From the IMG/VR virus record IMGVR_UViG_3300017761_001556, positions 1 to 45,805 of that record: a stretch of 45,805 bases of DNA; one strand, given 5' to 3'. This DNA comes from a virus. Lineage: Duplodnaviria > Caudoviricetes. Shown in pieces: positions 34,822 to 44,254 of the stretch. The position numbers and the translations under genes are program-made. Numbering within the stretch: the stretch's first letter is position 1; each line of letters begins with the position of its first letter. Below the pieces are notes generated by a model. It saw only the letters and a program-made list of their open reading frames with translations. It was not told where the DNA came from and did no database searches.

Positions 34822-37194
34822 TTATTGAACAGGTACTAAACCTTTGCCCGGTACATAATTAAATGTACCTCCTCCACTAGCCGGAGCCGCTGCATCTCCC
34901 CCAATATCGGCAGGGACAGGTAGATTACTGCGGCGATAAGCTTCTTTTGCAGTTTCCCGAATATTTCTTTCTTCTTGCTTTAACCTGTCGTAGTCTGCTT
35001 TAAGCGGGCCTTTATCAAATTTTTCTGGGTTTATATTTCTAGCTGTTTCATACCCAGAAAGTTTTTTACCATCGTCACTTTTCTTCCAATCTTTATACAT
35101 ATTATAAGCAGCGGTGGTCTCTTTATTCGCTAAAGCATCTTCTTTATTAGCACCAGAAGCGCGCTCTCGCGCAGCGGCAATCTGTCCTCGGTTTTGAAGC
35201 TCTTGTTCTTTAAGCCTATATTTACCCTGCATTTCAGCCTTAGCGCCTTCAGTTACAGCACCAAGTTCAGCTTCACGTTGACGTTGACGCAACGTAGCTA
35301 ATTTATCGTTTAGCCCATCTACACGTTTCCAAGCATCGGCTTTAGCTGATTCAGCTTTATCCATACGTCCGATGCTAACCAAATACTCAGCGTGGTCAAT
35401 ATCATAGATGGCTTTGTTCAACTCGTTTATAGCTTTCTTACGAGCCTTAGTATCTTCCATCGTGTCGTTGATATAACCAGCCATAGCTTGCAGACCAACC
35501 TTTAGTAGGGGGCCGGGAGTAGAACCGAAGACCGCCCATGCTTGTGCACGGCGTAGATACTTTTGATCTTCCGCTTCACTAGCCATAGCGTCTAACTGCG
35601 TGGTGTATGTACGCTTAAGATTAGCCATGAAGTCAGTCTTAACACCAGCGGCTCTTTCTTTATCTTTTTGTTCTTGGATTAATTGAACGTCCGATTTCAT
35701 AATGCTTTTTAATGCTTCTTGGCGCGCTGCAAGAAGATCGTTTTGATACGGATCAGGTTTACGAGCATCTGCTATAGCAGCCGTTATGCGTCTTTGATAT
35801 GCATCAAAAAGCCCATCTTCCTGTGGCGCAGCGGCTTTAGTAGCAATACCTTCAGACTTAGGAGCTTTTTTAGGAACTTTACTAGTTGTATCAGTTGATT
35901 TGCCTTCGGCTAGGTCTTCCCTAATAGGGAACATACCTTTTGGTTTTTCATCTTTGAACGGGTTCTCTACTTCATCAATTGCTTTTTTACTTCCTTCGGC
36001 AAACGCAATGATGCCGCCCGAGGCCATACCACGAACTTCTTTACGACGCAGCTTTTCAGCCTCCATGACACCCATTGGATCGTCTTCTTGCCCTTCTAAC
36101 TGTGGGTCGGAAAGCTTTTTAGCCATACCAGCTAACTTGTATGGGTTAGTTATACCGCCGCTCGCCATCTTAATGATGCCGCCTTCTTTCTTTTGCTGCC
36201 CCATGTTCTGAAGCATCCCCGCTGCACCTAATATTGACTGCAAATTAGACGGTTGCGCTTGGTACATACTTGTGTTTACAGACTGCATAGGCAAGCCACG
36301 GGTCATAGCATTTAAAATGCCCAACTGCATGAACGGGTATTGCTGTGTTGTAGCGTAGTCTTGGATGATCTGGTTTAAGCGAGATTGTTCGTACTCTTGC
36401 TGTTGTTTACCTATAGCAGCTTGTTGTCCAAGCAATCCCATCTCTTGACCGTACTGCTGTTGACCCATTTCTCCTAGTGTTCTAGCGCCTTGAAGTGCTT
36501 GACCTTGACCTTGCAAATCAAGATTGGCACCGAACTGTTGCGCTTGCTGTGCGGCTTGGAATGCGTTCTGCATCCCTGTGCCATATATTTGGCTTTGTAA
36601 CTGTCCAAGATTACGTTGGCGTTCGCTTTCTAACGCAAAACGTCCGCTACCGCCAAACGCTCCGGCTTTAATAGCGTCTGCTTGGTTTTTTAATCCTGTA
36701 ATACCAGATTGGCGGCGGGCTTCTTCCATTTGCGGATTAAGCGCACCTTGAATGTACGGCGACATGTAGGCTTGGGTAGCCATAGGGTTGGTCGCCATGT
36801 TCTGATAATTCTGCCCAGCCATCATGGAGTTAAGACCAGCGTATCCAGCCATTTCAGACGCTTGCCCAGTTTGCCCCGGTAGTTGATAGTTCTGAATACC
36901 ACGCATAGACTGCTCTTGCATTGGGGTAAAGCCCGCTACAGACTCACCTGTACCACCGCGTTTTTTGTCGTATTCAGAATAAGATTGAAACGGTTTAAAC
37001 CCTGTAGGTTTGCCAGAAGCGTCTGTTGTATAGATTTGCTTCTCAGTAGCCCCCATCATTGTTTCTACATAGGGGCGTAGATACGCGGGTATGTTTGTCT
37101 GATAGGACGTGGTTTGTGAAGGGCCACCGCCGCCCATGTTATAGGTGCGACGTCCGTCGGCAGCATAACCGTTAAATTTATTGCGGATAATCAT
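34822..37194 (-). CDS. internal virion / ejection protein B with 19-aa leader then MGGGG
   Basis: 790 aa, Gln/Ala/Gly-rich N-terminal half, MASGG repeats, coiled-coil C-terminal half; P22 gp7/gp20-like position. Confidence 0.7.
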   Translation of the reverse strand: MIIRNKFNGYAADGRRTYNMGGGGPSQTTSYQTNIPAYLRPYVETMMGATEKQIYTTDASGKPTGFKPFQSYSEYDKKRGGTGESVAGFTPMQEQSMRGIQNYQLPGQTGQASEMAGYAGLNSMMAGQNYQNMATNPMATQAYMSPYIQGALNPQMEEARRQSGITGLKNQADAIKAGAFGGSGRFALESERQRNLGQLQSQIYGTGMQNAFQAAQQAQQFGANLDLQGQGQALQGARTLGEMGQQQYGQEMGLLGQQAAIGKQQQEYEQSRLNQIIQDYATTQQYPFMQLGILNAMTRGLPMQSVNTSMYQAQPSNLQSILGAAGMLQNMGQQKKEGGIIKMASGGITNPYKLAGMAKKLSDPQLEGQEDDPMGVMEAEKLRRKEVRGMASGGIIAFAEGSKKAIDEVENPFKDEKPKGMFPIREDLAEGKSTDTTSKVPKKAPKSEGIATKAAAPQEDGLFDAYQRRITAAIADARKPDPYQNDLLAARQEALKSIMKSDVQLIQEQKDKERAAGVKTDFMANLKRTYTTQLDAMASEAEDQKYLRRAQAWAVFGSTPGPLLKVGLQAMAGYINDTMEDTKARKKAINELNKAIYDIDHAEYLVSIGRMDKAESAKADAWKRVDGLNDKLATLRQRQREAELGAVTEGAKAEMQGKYRLKEQELQNRGQIAAARERASGANKEDALANKETTAAYNMYKDWKKSDDGKKLSGYETARNINPEKFDKGPLKADYDRLKQEERNIRETAKEAYRRSNLPVPADIGGDAAAPASGGGTFNYVPGKGLVPVQ

Positions 37195-37598
37195 AGCCCG
37201 ATCCTCATAACTTGATGGGTATTAGTCATACCCATTTTTTCATACATTTGAACTAAAGTTCCTTTAGCCCAGCATTGTGCGGTTGTCGCGCCCATTAAGC
37301 GCATCCAATTTTTAGCTTCATCAAACACATGTGTACGCACGATCCCTTTACCACCCATTAAGTTCACATGCGCTACGCGCTGACGTGGGTAATCAATAAT
37401 GCCTACAGTTACAGCACCTGTAATGCCCTCGTCCGGTTCATCCCAAACCAACAAGTAAGTACGCCCAGTGCGTACTGAGTATTCAACTTGTTCTATAGTT
37501 ATTTCGTTTGGATCAAGATCAATTGCTCTTTGAAGCATAGGAGCGACAATGCCCCAGACTTGGGGCAGTTGCGCAGGAGTAATTTGATATAGAGCCAT
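37191..37598 (-). CDS. GNAT-fold putative acyltransferase 2
   Basis: 135 aa alpha/beta; GAVTVGIIDYP, HVNLMGGKG, and QMYEKMGM resembling the GNAT YxxxGF motif. Confidence 0.55.
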   Translation of the reverse strand: MALYQITPAQLPQVWGIVAPMLQRAIDLDPNEITIEQVEYSVRTGRTYLLVWDEPDEGITGAVTVGIIDYPRQRVAHVNLMGGKGIVRTHVFDEAKNWMRLMGATTAQCWAKGTLVQMYEKMGMTNTHQVMRIGL

Positions 37599-37600
37599 CT

Positions 37601-39235
37601 TTACGCAGGTAAGTGTTTTTTAGCTTTAGAGTCTACAGCTACCTTGTTCTTACCTACAGACTTGCGACGGCCTTTTTGTATGCGCTCCATCATGGCATAG
37701 AGTTGTCTTGCTCCAGCTTCTGTTGATCCATTTCCCAACTCTGATACGATACGTGCAGGCACCACGAACTCACCATCAGCAAGACGAGCGGGCTGATTAC
37801 GCCCAATAACAGCAGGAATAGAATCAGATACGCCATCGCCCGGCCCTTTCAATAAACGCCCGCCAGAAGCATAATCAGAATACCCCCCTAAACCGCGCAT
37901 AATCCCACCACGTGCAGCAACGATTTCTGCCTCTGGGTCACCCATCACGTCTACGCTAGTCTTGGCAGGCGCAACAACTGGTATCTTGTATTTCTTACCT
38001 AATGCTTGAAGGTCTTTTATTGCGGTCTCGTATGGTGAAGAAGTTAATTGTGTACGTGTACGATCTCTAGTTGATCTGGCAGCAGCAGCGCCTTTTGACT
38101 GCATAGACTCATACATAGATTCAGCTTGTTCTTTGCGTTCTTTTTCTTCTTTCTTTAATTGTTCTAAATACGGATTACCGCCCTTAGAGAACTTTTGTTC
38201 GCCTGTATAAGGGTCAACATTATTGCCAACACCTTGATTAACCACGTCCGCGTTTACAGGACGCTGCGTCATTGGATTGTTGTACATAGGGGTGTTTAGC
38301 CCCGCTTGAGGATACATAGTATTGCCGCTAGTTGAATTAATAGCCGACATAGTTTCTACAGGGCCGCCAACAGCTAAATAAGAAGTAGGTTGATATATAG
38401 GGTTGTAAACGGCTGTTGAAGGCGATGATGCACTAAAACCAGACATATCTTTGCGCTTATATTTTTCTTCTTCAGGCTTGTCTTGGAAATATTTTTGCGC
38501 AGCACTAATGCCTACAGATGTTAAAAGAGGATTCTTTTGCGCAAAATTCATCGCTGTATCAAAGCCAGACGACAGGGCGTCATACCCAGTTTTAGCCGCG
38601 TCCATAATGCCGTTCGCACCGCCGGTTGATGCAGGGGAAGTTACAGCAGGTGTAGAAGCGTTAGGAGGCACGCCACTCCAAGGGCTAGGCGCTTCAGGTA
38701 TTGGTTGCTCACCAAACGGAGTATGTACAGTTGTTGGCGCAGGTGTAGTAGACGGTGTAACAGGCGGTGTAACAGGCGGTGTAACAGGCGCACCGGGCGT
38801 AAAGGCAGTAGCTTCTGGAACAACCCCCGGACTAGCCGTACTTACTTGCCCAAGAGTTTGCGCAGCGGTAACGTCCGCAGCGGCAGGGGCAGCGGATTGC
38901 ATAATGCCTTGCGCAGCGACCGCTTCAGGAGCAAGTGCTGTAGGAGCAAGTGCTGTAGTAGTGCCAGCCATAGTGCCAGTACCAAGCCCAGCGCCAGCGC
39001 CAAGACCAAGCCCCGCGCCCCCAGCGGCAGCGGCAGTACCAGCGGCACCAAGAGCGGCGCCTGTACCAGCGGCAGCGCCAGCAGTACCAAGAGCGGCGGC
39101 TGTACCAAGAGTAGTACCAGCGGCAGCGGCACCAAGCCCACCTGCTTGTGTAGCCAAAGCAGCAAGCGTAACAGGGTCGTTGTACAAGCGGATATTGTCC
39201 GCACTGTAGCCATTAAATTTATTTGGTATTCTCAT
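37601..39235 (-). CDS. internal virion / ejection protein A with 19-aa leader, Gly/Ala hydrophobic core and C-terminal GPGDGVSDSIPA...GEFVV domain
   Basis: 544 aa; DPVTLAALA followed by a Gly/Ala zipper; PVTP repeats; C-terminal motif also seen in tape-measure C-termini. Confidence 0.7.
   Translation of the reverse strand: MRIPNKFNGYSADNIRLYNDPVTLAALATQAGGLGAAAAGTTLGTAAALGTAGAAAGTGAALGAAGTAAAAGGAGLGLGAGAGLGTGTMAGTTTALAPTALAPEAVAAQGIMQSAAPAAADVTAAQTLGQVSTASPGVVPEATAFTPGAPVTPPVTPPVTPSTTPAPTTVHTPFGEQPIPEAPSPWSGVPPNASTPAVTSPASTGGANGIMDAAKTGYDALSSGFDTAMNFAQKNPLLTSVGISAAQKYFQDKPEEEKYKRKDMSGFSASSPSTAVYNPIYQPTSYLAVGGPVETMSAINSTSGNTMYPQAGLNTPMYNNPMTQRPVNADVVNQGVGNNVDPYTGEQKFSKGGNPYLEQLKKEEKERKEQAESMYESMQSKGAAAARSTRDRTRTQLTSSPYETAIKDLQALGKKYKIPVVAPAKTSVDVMGDPEAEIVAARGGIMRGLGGYSDYASGGRLLKGPGDGVSDSIPAVIGRNQPARLADGEFVVPARIVSELGNGSTEAGARQLYAMMERIQKGRRKSVGKNKVAVDSKAKKHLPA
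38753..38790 (-). repeat. 12-bp tandem repeat x3 (PVTP linker)
   Basis: (CGGTGTAACAGG)3. Confidence 0.9.
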
Positions 39236-39609
39236 ACGTAATTACTCCTGTCGCAACGTAGTAGTATTGTACCGTTTTGTGCGCCAAATTTAACAAATCC
39301 TAGTCGTTCACAGAACCGCAACCCAGCGAGGTTATCTTCTCTTACTTGGGTTACTGCCCAGCCATATTTATCTACTACGCCACCAAGAATAGCCCGAATA
39401 TATGCCCGAATAGACCTTTTTGGCCTAACCCCGTACCCTACGTGAATCTCATTGCCTTTTAACAATACACCACCGATTACTTGCCCATCTTCGGTAAGCG
39501 GCACCACATCCCAATCTTTTAATGCTTCCAGATACTCAACCATACCAACGGTCAAGCGGTGCTTTACAGACTCATACACCATAATAAGAGCACGGTCTTC
39601 AGGAGTCAT
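39232..39609 (-). CDS. GNAT-fold putative acyltransferase 1 (P22 gp14-like position)
   Basis: NEIH, and VREDNLAGLRFCERLGF matching the GNAT NxxAxxFYxxLGF motif; start MTPEDR coupled via TAATG (track start 39624). Confidence 0.7.
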   Translation of the reverse strand: MTPEDRALIMVYESVKHRLTVGMVEYLEALKDWDVVPLTEDGQVIGGVLLKGNEIHVGYGVRPKRSIRAYIRAILGGVVDKYGWAVTQVREDNLAGLRFCERLGFVKFGAQNGTILLRCDRSNYV

Positions 39610-39941
39610 TACCCTACTTTCCAATTAGTACCGTCTGAATACACGGGCACTTTTGTAGAACCGCCAGCAGCCACTGTCGAGCCGAATGTTGAAACAGATG
39701 AATTTGTGACAAACGCCCTTGCACCTACTCCGGCATTTGAAGCGTCGGGTAAATCCGCTACTTCATAAACGCCGCCTAAAGTCAACTGATTCACTAGTGA
39801 ATCAAGCTGGTTAAAGTACAAACGTAAAACATTAGCAACGTCGTCTTGGTGTTTTTGTTGGTACTCGGTAGGAGCTAACGGCAACGTAGGCGACTTTACC
39901 CGCGTTAACGTCGTTTTACTAACTAAAACAACACTGGTCAT
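39609..39941 (-). CDS. small tail protein (tail needle/plug position)
   Basis: APTEY...LRLYFNQLD helix plus a C-terminal VPVYSDGTNW beta knob; between the gp10-like and gp14-like genes. Confidence 0.55.
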   Translation of the reverse strand: MTSVVLVSKTTLTRVKSPTLPLAPTEYQQKHQDDVANVLRLYFNQLDSLVNQLTLGGVYEVADLPDASNAGVGARAFVTNSSVSTFGSTVAAGGSTKVPVYSDGTNWKVG

Positions 39942-39943
39942 GT

Positions 39944-42169
39944 TTATCTCCGCCCATCCGGTCTGACATTAATACGTGGTGTACCTAACTGCCATTGAGT
40001 GCCTATTGAGTTCGACTCTATCTTAAACGCCATTTGACGACCACGTACTCGGGTATACACAAGTTCAGTAAACTGCTGCACGTTATAGATTTGTTGTTGG
40101 GCGTATGAAACGGTCGAAGCGACCGCCGGTGTATTTGCACTGCCGTAATTTGAACCCGGATTTTGTCTTGGTCGGACAATAAAGTTTACCGTTGGGTAGT
40201 TTGGTTCGGGTGTTGTTGACCCATCAAACGTAATATCAGGCACGATCTGCCACACAAACCCGTAGTTATGTCCGTCGCCAATGTCAAAGTCAGACGACTG
40301 AATATAAGAGTTAATAGCTGTTGGTGGGTTGGTACTGCCGTCGTCAACCGCCGCTTCGTGATACACAATTAAATTATTAAGCGTTGCTGCTTGCGGGAAT
40401 GGACGGAGTGGGCTGTCTAACCATGCAGAACGCGGCATCGTGCCGTAATACCAAACACGATCTAAGTAATTAAAGATGACGTAGCGGTCAATAACTTCGC
40501 TATCCTCAGAACAATAGAACCACCATATTTCACTATAAGCTTCGTTAGTCCCAGAAAAAAATTGAAACGCTTGGGACATGTTTATGTCCTCAAACACATA
40601 CTGACGCAACGAGCAAGGCAACGTCTCAACGCGCCCAGAGTATACGTAAAATTTATCTGTACCCATCCAGTAAGTAACGCCGTTAGCTGTTACTTTAGCG
40701 TTAGGAGAAATAATGGATATATTCTCGGCGAGAATAGTAAACCCGTACACAATCGGGGGGCCAAGATACTGCATTGAATAAAGCGCGGCGTCTGTCCACA
40801 CAAGAATCTCTTGTCGTGTTTGAATTGCGCCTACAATATATGAGCCGCTAGAGAGAAGCGTAAATCCTGCTTGAGTATTGGCAGGGTCATAGGCCCAGCC
40901 TGTTGTCGTGTAATCTTCTACCCCTGTCCAACGAATAAGCATTGGATTTTGTGGTTGGGGATAAGCCCCGTAGTCGCTGCAACCAAACGCAATAGTGATA
41001 CGACTTGAATCCGACACCATTATTTGATTAATGAACGCAGGCACGTCCGTGCCAGAAACTACTGTGCCCCGAGTGCCATATGCGGGGGTTGTTCCTGCAC
41101 CGGGCGCCCACTTATAAAGAGCGCCACCACGCGGAGAAAATAATAATTCTTCACCAAAATTAGCTTGTGACCATAGACGCAGTTGCAGGGGTAGCCCCGC
41201 AGCAAAACCCACACCCCATCCACGGTTGTAACTTGCAACGACTGCATAGTTAGGATAATTAACAACGACCGTGCCACCTTCAGACGCACTAGTAGAAGTC
41301 GCGTTGTATGTAAGAGAGCCAATAACAGTTGAAATGGTGTAGCTGTTGTTATTTACTTTGGTTATCTGAAAACCCTTTTGCAGCACTACGTTTGAAATAC
41401 CGCCAACACTTGTGTCGCTAATCGAAACAAACGAAACGTAGTCCCCAGTGGCTAACCCGTGGCTTGCTTGCGTGACTGTGATTGTAGTGGGGGTTGATGT
41501 GTTTGTAGCAAAAGGGTTTGTTAGTGTGGTAGTTAAATAAGGCGACCAAGGGCCTGTACCCCACCCCGTGCCAATAGTAGCAATGTCTTGGCCTGTACTG
41601 ATTTGGTATGCTGCTACAACAGACGCGCCCCCATTACCCACATCAGATGCGTTAGCGGTTGCCGTTGCTGTAATTGTATAAACAGAACTCGATATGACAC
41701 TAGTGATTTGATATTCTTTATTAAGCACTGCGGCAATTATGTTGCCGCCTAGACTTGCTGCACCGCTAAAGGTTACGAAATCGCCCGCTTGTAGATTAGA
41801 TACGCCTGTATCTGTTACCGTAATAGTTGAGGAATAAGGGGATGTGGTAACTGCCGAAAATGTAGCTGTGCCGGTCGTAGTTGTTTTTATTGGTGTGATG
41901 TCGTAATAATCGCCACCCGTGGTTTCTATGTAAAACTTTAAGTTCGTGCCAATGCCAAGTAAGTTGTATTGATTCAGCGTTATCCAATTCCACAAGGAAC
42001 GCGCCGTTCCAAGAAAAGCAGTGTATGACAACGCTGTCCAACCGCCAATTTTTTCAGGGTAGCCAGAACGAAAGCGCACTTTGTCACACTCAAACCAACC
42101 GCCTTCATTGGCAAGCGTTGTGCCCTCTCTATTAACGCCGGGGCGAAATTGGAGTTTTTGTAAAGGCAT
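39944..42169 (-). CDS. tail hub / head-closure protein (P22 gp10-like beta-propeller) with inserted beta domains
   Basis: 741 aa; VRFRSGYPEKIGGW, LIRWT, ILVWTD, EIWWFY, RVRGRQ motifs. Confidence 0.7.
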   Translation of the reverse strand: MPLQKLQFRPGVNREGTTLANEGGWFECDKVRFRSGYPEKIGGWTALSYTAFLGTARSLWNWITLNQYNLLGIGTNLKFYIETTGGDYYDITPIKTTTTGTATFSAVTTSPYSSTITVTDTGVSNLQAGDFVTFSGAASLGGNIIAAVLNKEYQITSVISSSVYTITATATANASDVGNGGASVVAAYQISTGQDIATIGTGWGTGPWSPYLTTTLTNPFATNTSTPTTITVTQASHGLATGDYVSFVSISDTSVGGISNVVLQKGFQITKVNNNSYTISTVIGSLTYNATSTSASEGGTVVVNYPNYAVVASYNRGWGVGFAAGLPLQLRLWSQANFGEELLFSPRGGALYKWAPGAGTTPAYGTRGTVVSGTDVPAFINQIMVSDSSRITIAFGCSDYGAYPQPQNPMLIRWTGVEDYTTTGWAYDPANTQAGFTLLSSGSYIVGAIQTRQEILVWTDAALYSMQYLGPPIVYGFTILAENISIISPNAKVTANGVTYWMGTDKFYVYSGRVETLPCSLRQYVFEDINMSQAFQFFSGTNEAYSEIWWFYCSEDSEVIDRYVIFNYLDRVWYYGTMPRSAWLDSPLRPFPQAATLNNLIVYHEAAVDDGSTNPPTAINSYIQSSDFDIGDGHNYGFVWQIVPDITFDGSTTPEPNYPTVNFIVRPRQNPGSNYGSANTPAVASTVSYAQQQIYNVQQFTELVYTRVRGRQMAFKIESNSIGTQWQLGTPRINVRPDGRR

Positions 42170-42172
42170 TTT

Positions 42173-43768
42173 TTACCTTATAACCATTATGCTTGCAAAT
42201 GCTCCAGCGTCAGTACGACCATCATTAGCATTACTAAATTGAATTTGAACAGCGGTAGTAGTTTGCGATAATACGTGTGCAAATAATTCGCCATCTATAC
42301 CTGTGTTGTAACCACTTGTGGAAACAGCGTAATTTGCATCTTCCATTGCTGTTGTAAAAGTTATTGTGTATCTACCAGTAGCAGTTCGTGCCACGGAGGC
42401 AACATTGCCTGCGGCATTAACAGTCCCTCCAGATGCTCCATTGAAAGATGCCCATGCTCTAACCCCATATATAGGAGCGTCTCCGGTTTGTGCACCATTT
42501 AATTTTGCTGCGGTTATATTAGCGTTTTTAATTTTTGCTGTTTCAACAGCATCATTAGCTAATTCTGTGACTGTAACTAGGCCACTAAGAATTGCATTCC
42601 AAGACATCGCAGTAGTTCCAAGCGTGTCCGTAGATTTAAAATTAGTAATAAATGTTTTGCCGCCGTTGTCTGTCCCTTTAAGAACAGGCACTTGAGCAGC
42701 AGCAATTTCGGTAGCCGTATTAGCATCAGTAGAGCGCGACCACGCGCCAGCAGCCACAACATACACACCATTGTTTTGCGCGGACGTTTGGTTTTTTACA
42801 AGAACCCTATCATCAGCAACGAGGGCTATGCCATCAATTGTTTGTGTAGCAGACAAAGTAATATTTTCCGTAGTAGCCGCAACTACTGCCGTTAAAGTTT
42901 GATACACTTTATCACTCGGAATAGCTGCAATCGCGCTAGTTACAAAACCTGTCGTTGCAAGTTGTGCAGAGTTTGATCCAGCAGCTGCCGTTGCTGCTGT
43001 GGGAACTGTTGATACTGTGTGGGTTCCAGACTGCGTTCCATCAAGTGTACTAATAGATGCGCCGCCAACAGAAGTAGCAACTCTAAAAGTAGTAGCAGTT
43101 CTGCTCACTACATAGTAAAGCGCGCCTGCTGTAATGTTTGCAGGTAATTCGCCGGTAGTGGTGAATGAAACTGTAGTATTGTTCTGGGGCGCGTTAGCTA
43201 CTGTTATTACTGCGGGGTTTGCCGTTGTGATTGTCGCGGTCTGAGAAACACCAAAAGCAGCAGAACCTGTAACCGACAAATTGTTTGCGACACTTAAACC
43301 ATCTCCAAGCGTTACTGCATCTTCAACAAACAGCGTACCCGATATATGGTCGATTGCATCCCGTATATTAGTGCCATCACACCGCACAAAACAGGAAGAG
43401 TTAGCGGCAAGGGAGACACCTGATCCAGCAGGGGTTGTATTACCAATAGCAGAACTTGCATAAATGGTTGCTGCATACACGCTGCTATTAATAATTACGT
43501 ACAACTTTGTAACTGGAGGAACGTAGATGTTAAACGGTGCCACTGTCGTAGTGGTTAAGTTAATCGCCGCGCATCGCGCTTGGTCTGCTACGCCGTTGAA
43601 AGCGGTTAAGGCTTGGTTAGCACTAGTAATACTTACGTTTGCAAGACCGGAAATCGCGTCTTCGATTAGTGTTCCAAGGTTATTATTAGTGGTTGTGCCC
43701 CACACACCGGATTGCTCACCGTTGCCGACAAGCTCAATACGTAAGTCTGTTGAATATGAACTAGACAT
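42173..43768 (-). CDS. tail fibre protein
   Basis: Thr/Ala-rich mosaic; N-terminal GVWGTTTNNNL anchor; IDG...DRVLVKNQ...NGVY module; C-terminal RAWASFNG...GRYTITF module. Confidence 0.75.
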   Translation of the reverse strand: MSSSYSTDLRIELVGNGEQSGVWGTTTNNNLGTLIEDAISGLANVSITSANQALTAFNGVADQARCAAINLTTTTVAPFNIYVPPVTKLYVIINSSVYAATIYASSAIGNTTPAGSGVSLAANSSCFVRCDGTNIRDAIDHISGTLFVEDAVTLGDGLSVANNLSVTGSAAFGVSQTATITTANPAVITVANAPQNNTTVSFTTTGELPANITAGALYYVVSRTATTFRVATSVGGASISTLDGTQSGTHTVSTVPTAATAAAGSNSAQLATTGFVTSAIAAIPSDKVYQTLTAVVAATTENITLSATQTIDGIALVADDRVLVKNQTSAQNNGVYVVAAGAWSRSTDANTATEIAAAQVPVLKGTDNGGKTFITNFKSTDTLGTTAMSWNAILSGLVTVTELANDAVETAKIKNANITAAKLNGAQTGDAPIYGVRAWASFNGASGGTVNAAGNVASVARTATGRYTITFTTAMEDANYAVSTSGYNTGIDGELFAHVLSQTTTAVQIQFSNANDGRTDAGAFASIMVIR

Positions 43769-43777
43769 AATCGTTCC

Positions 43778-44254
43778 TTAACTTATATACAGCGCACGTT
43801 CATCGTTACGCCTGTTCACCAACCCTTTGAGCACTTTGCCCCCGGCCTTGGTGTATTTCAAGAATTCTTTGGCGGTTCCTGCATGGTCGCCCCGGTTGTG
43901 TTTCTGTCGCAGAGTGCTGCGTTGCAACGTGCCCAATCCTAAGTTAAAACTAAAGCTTACAAGAGCGTCAAGCCAGCTTTGATTATTAATAGCGCTAGGG
44001 CAATAACGCAAAACTCCCGCAACAAAACGATCAAGGTCTTTTGCAAGTATGGCATCTACTTCCTCCATTGTAAATACACGATTCCAGCCCTCTGGGCAAG
44101 GCAAACTTAGCCTGTCTTCAAACGGCACTTTTGCGTGATTCGCTTCGATTACATGACCCGCGCCGATTGTCCAGAGTCGAGCAGGGCATCGGTAAGGTTT
44201 ATTCCTTACCCCCTCGTGATGCTTAATCATGTCTAATGCTTTTTTGCTAATCAT
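43778..44254 (-). CDS. endolysin, GH24 phage lysozyme
   Basis: Catalytic E-x8-C-x5-T (HEGVRNKPYRCPARLWTIG), ALVSFSFNLG, GLVNRRNDE. Confidence 0.9.
   Translation of the reverse strand: MISKKALDMIKHHEGVRNKPYRCPARLWTIGAGHVIEANHAKVPFEDRLSLPCPEGWNRVFTMEEVDAILAKDLDRFVAGVLRYCPSAINNQSWLDALVSFSFNLGLGTLQRSTLRQKHNRGDHAGTAKEFLKYTKAGGKVLKGLVNRRNDERALYIS

Noticed and set aside
38451-39241. Long alternative-frame ORFs (252 and 178 aa on +, 123 aa on -) over protein A
   Set aside because: Shadow ORFs caused by Gly/Ala/Thr low-complexity codons; no convincing RBS or protein-like features
37191-39609. GNAT genes as toxin-antitoxin toxins
   Set aside because: No adjacent RHH/DUF1778-like antitoxin; both are translationally coupled to virion protein genes in a P22 gene 14-like position
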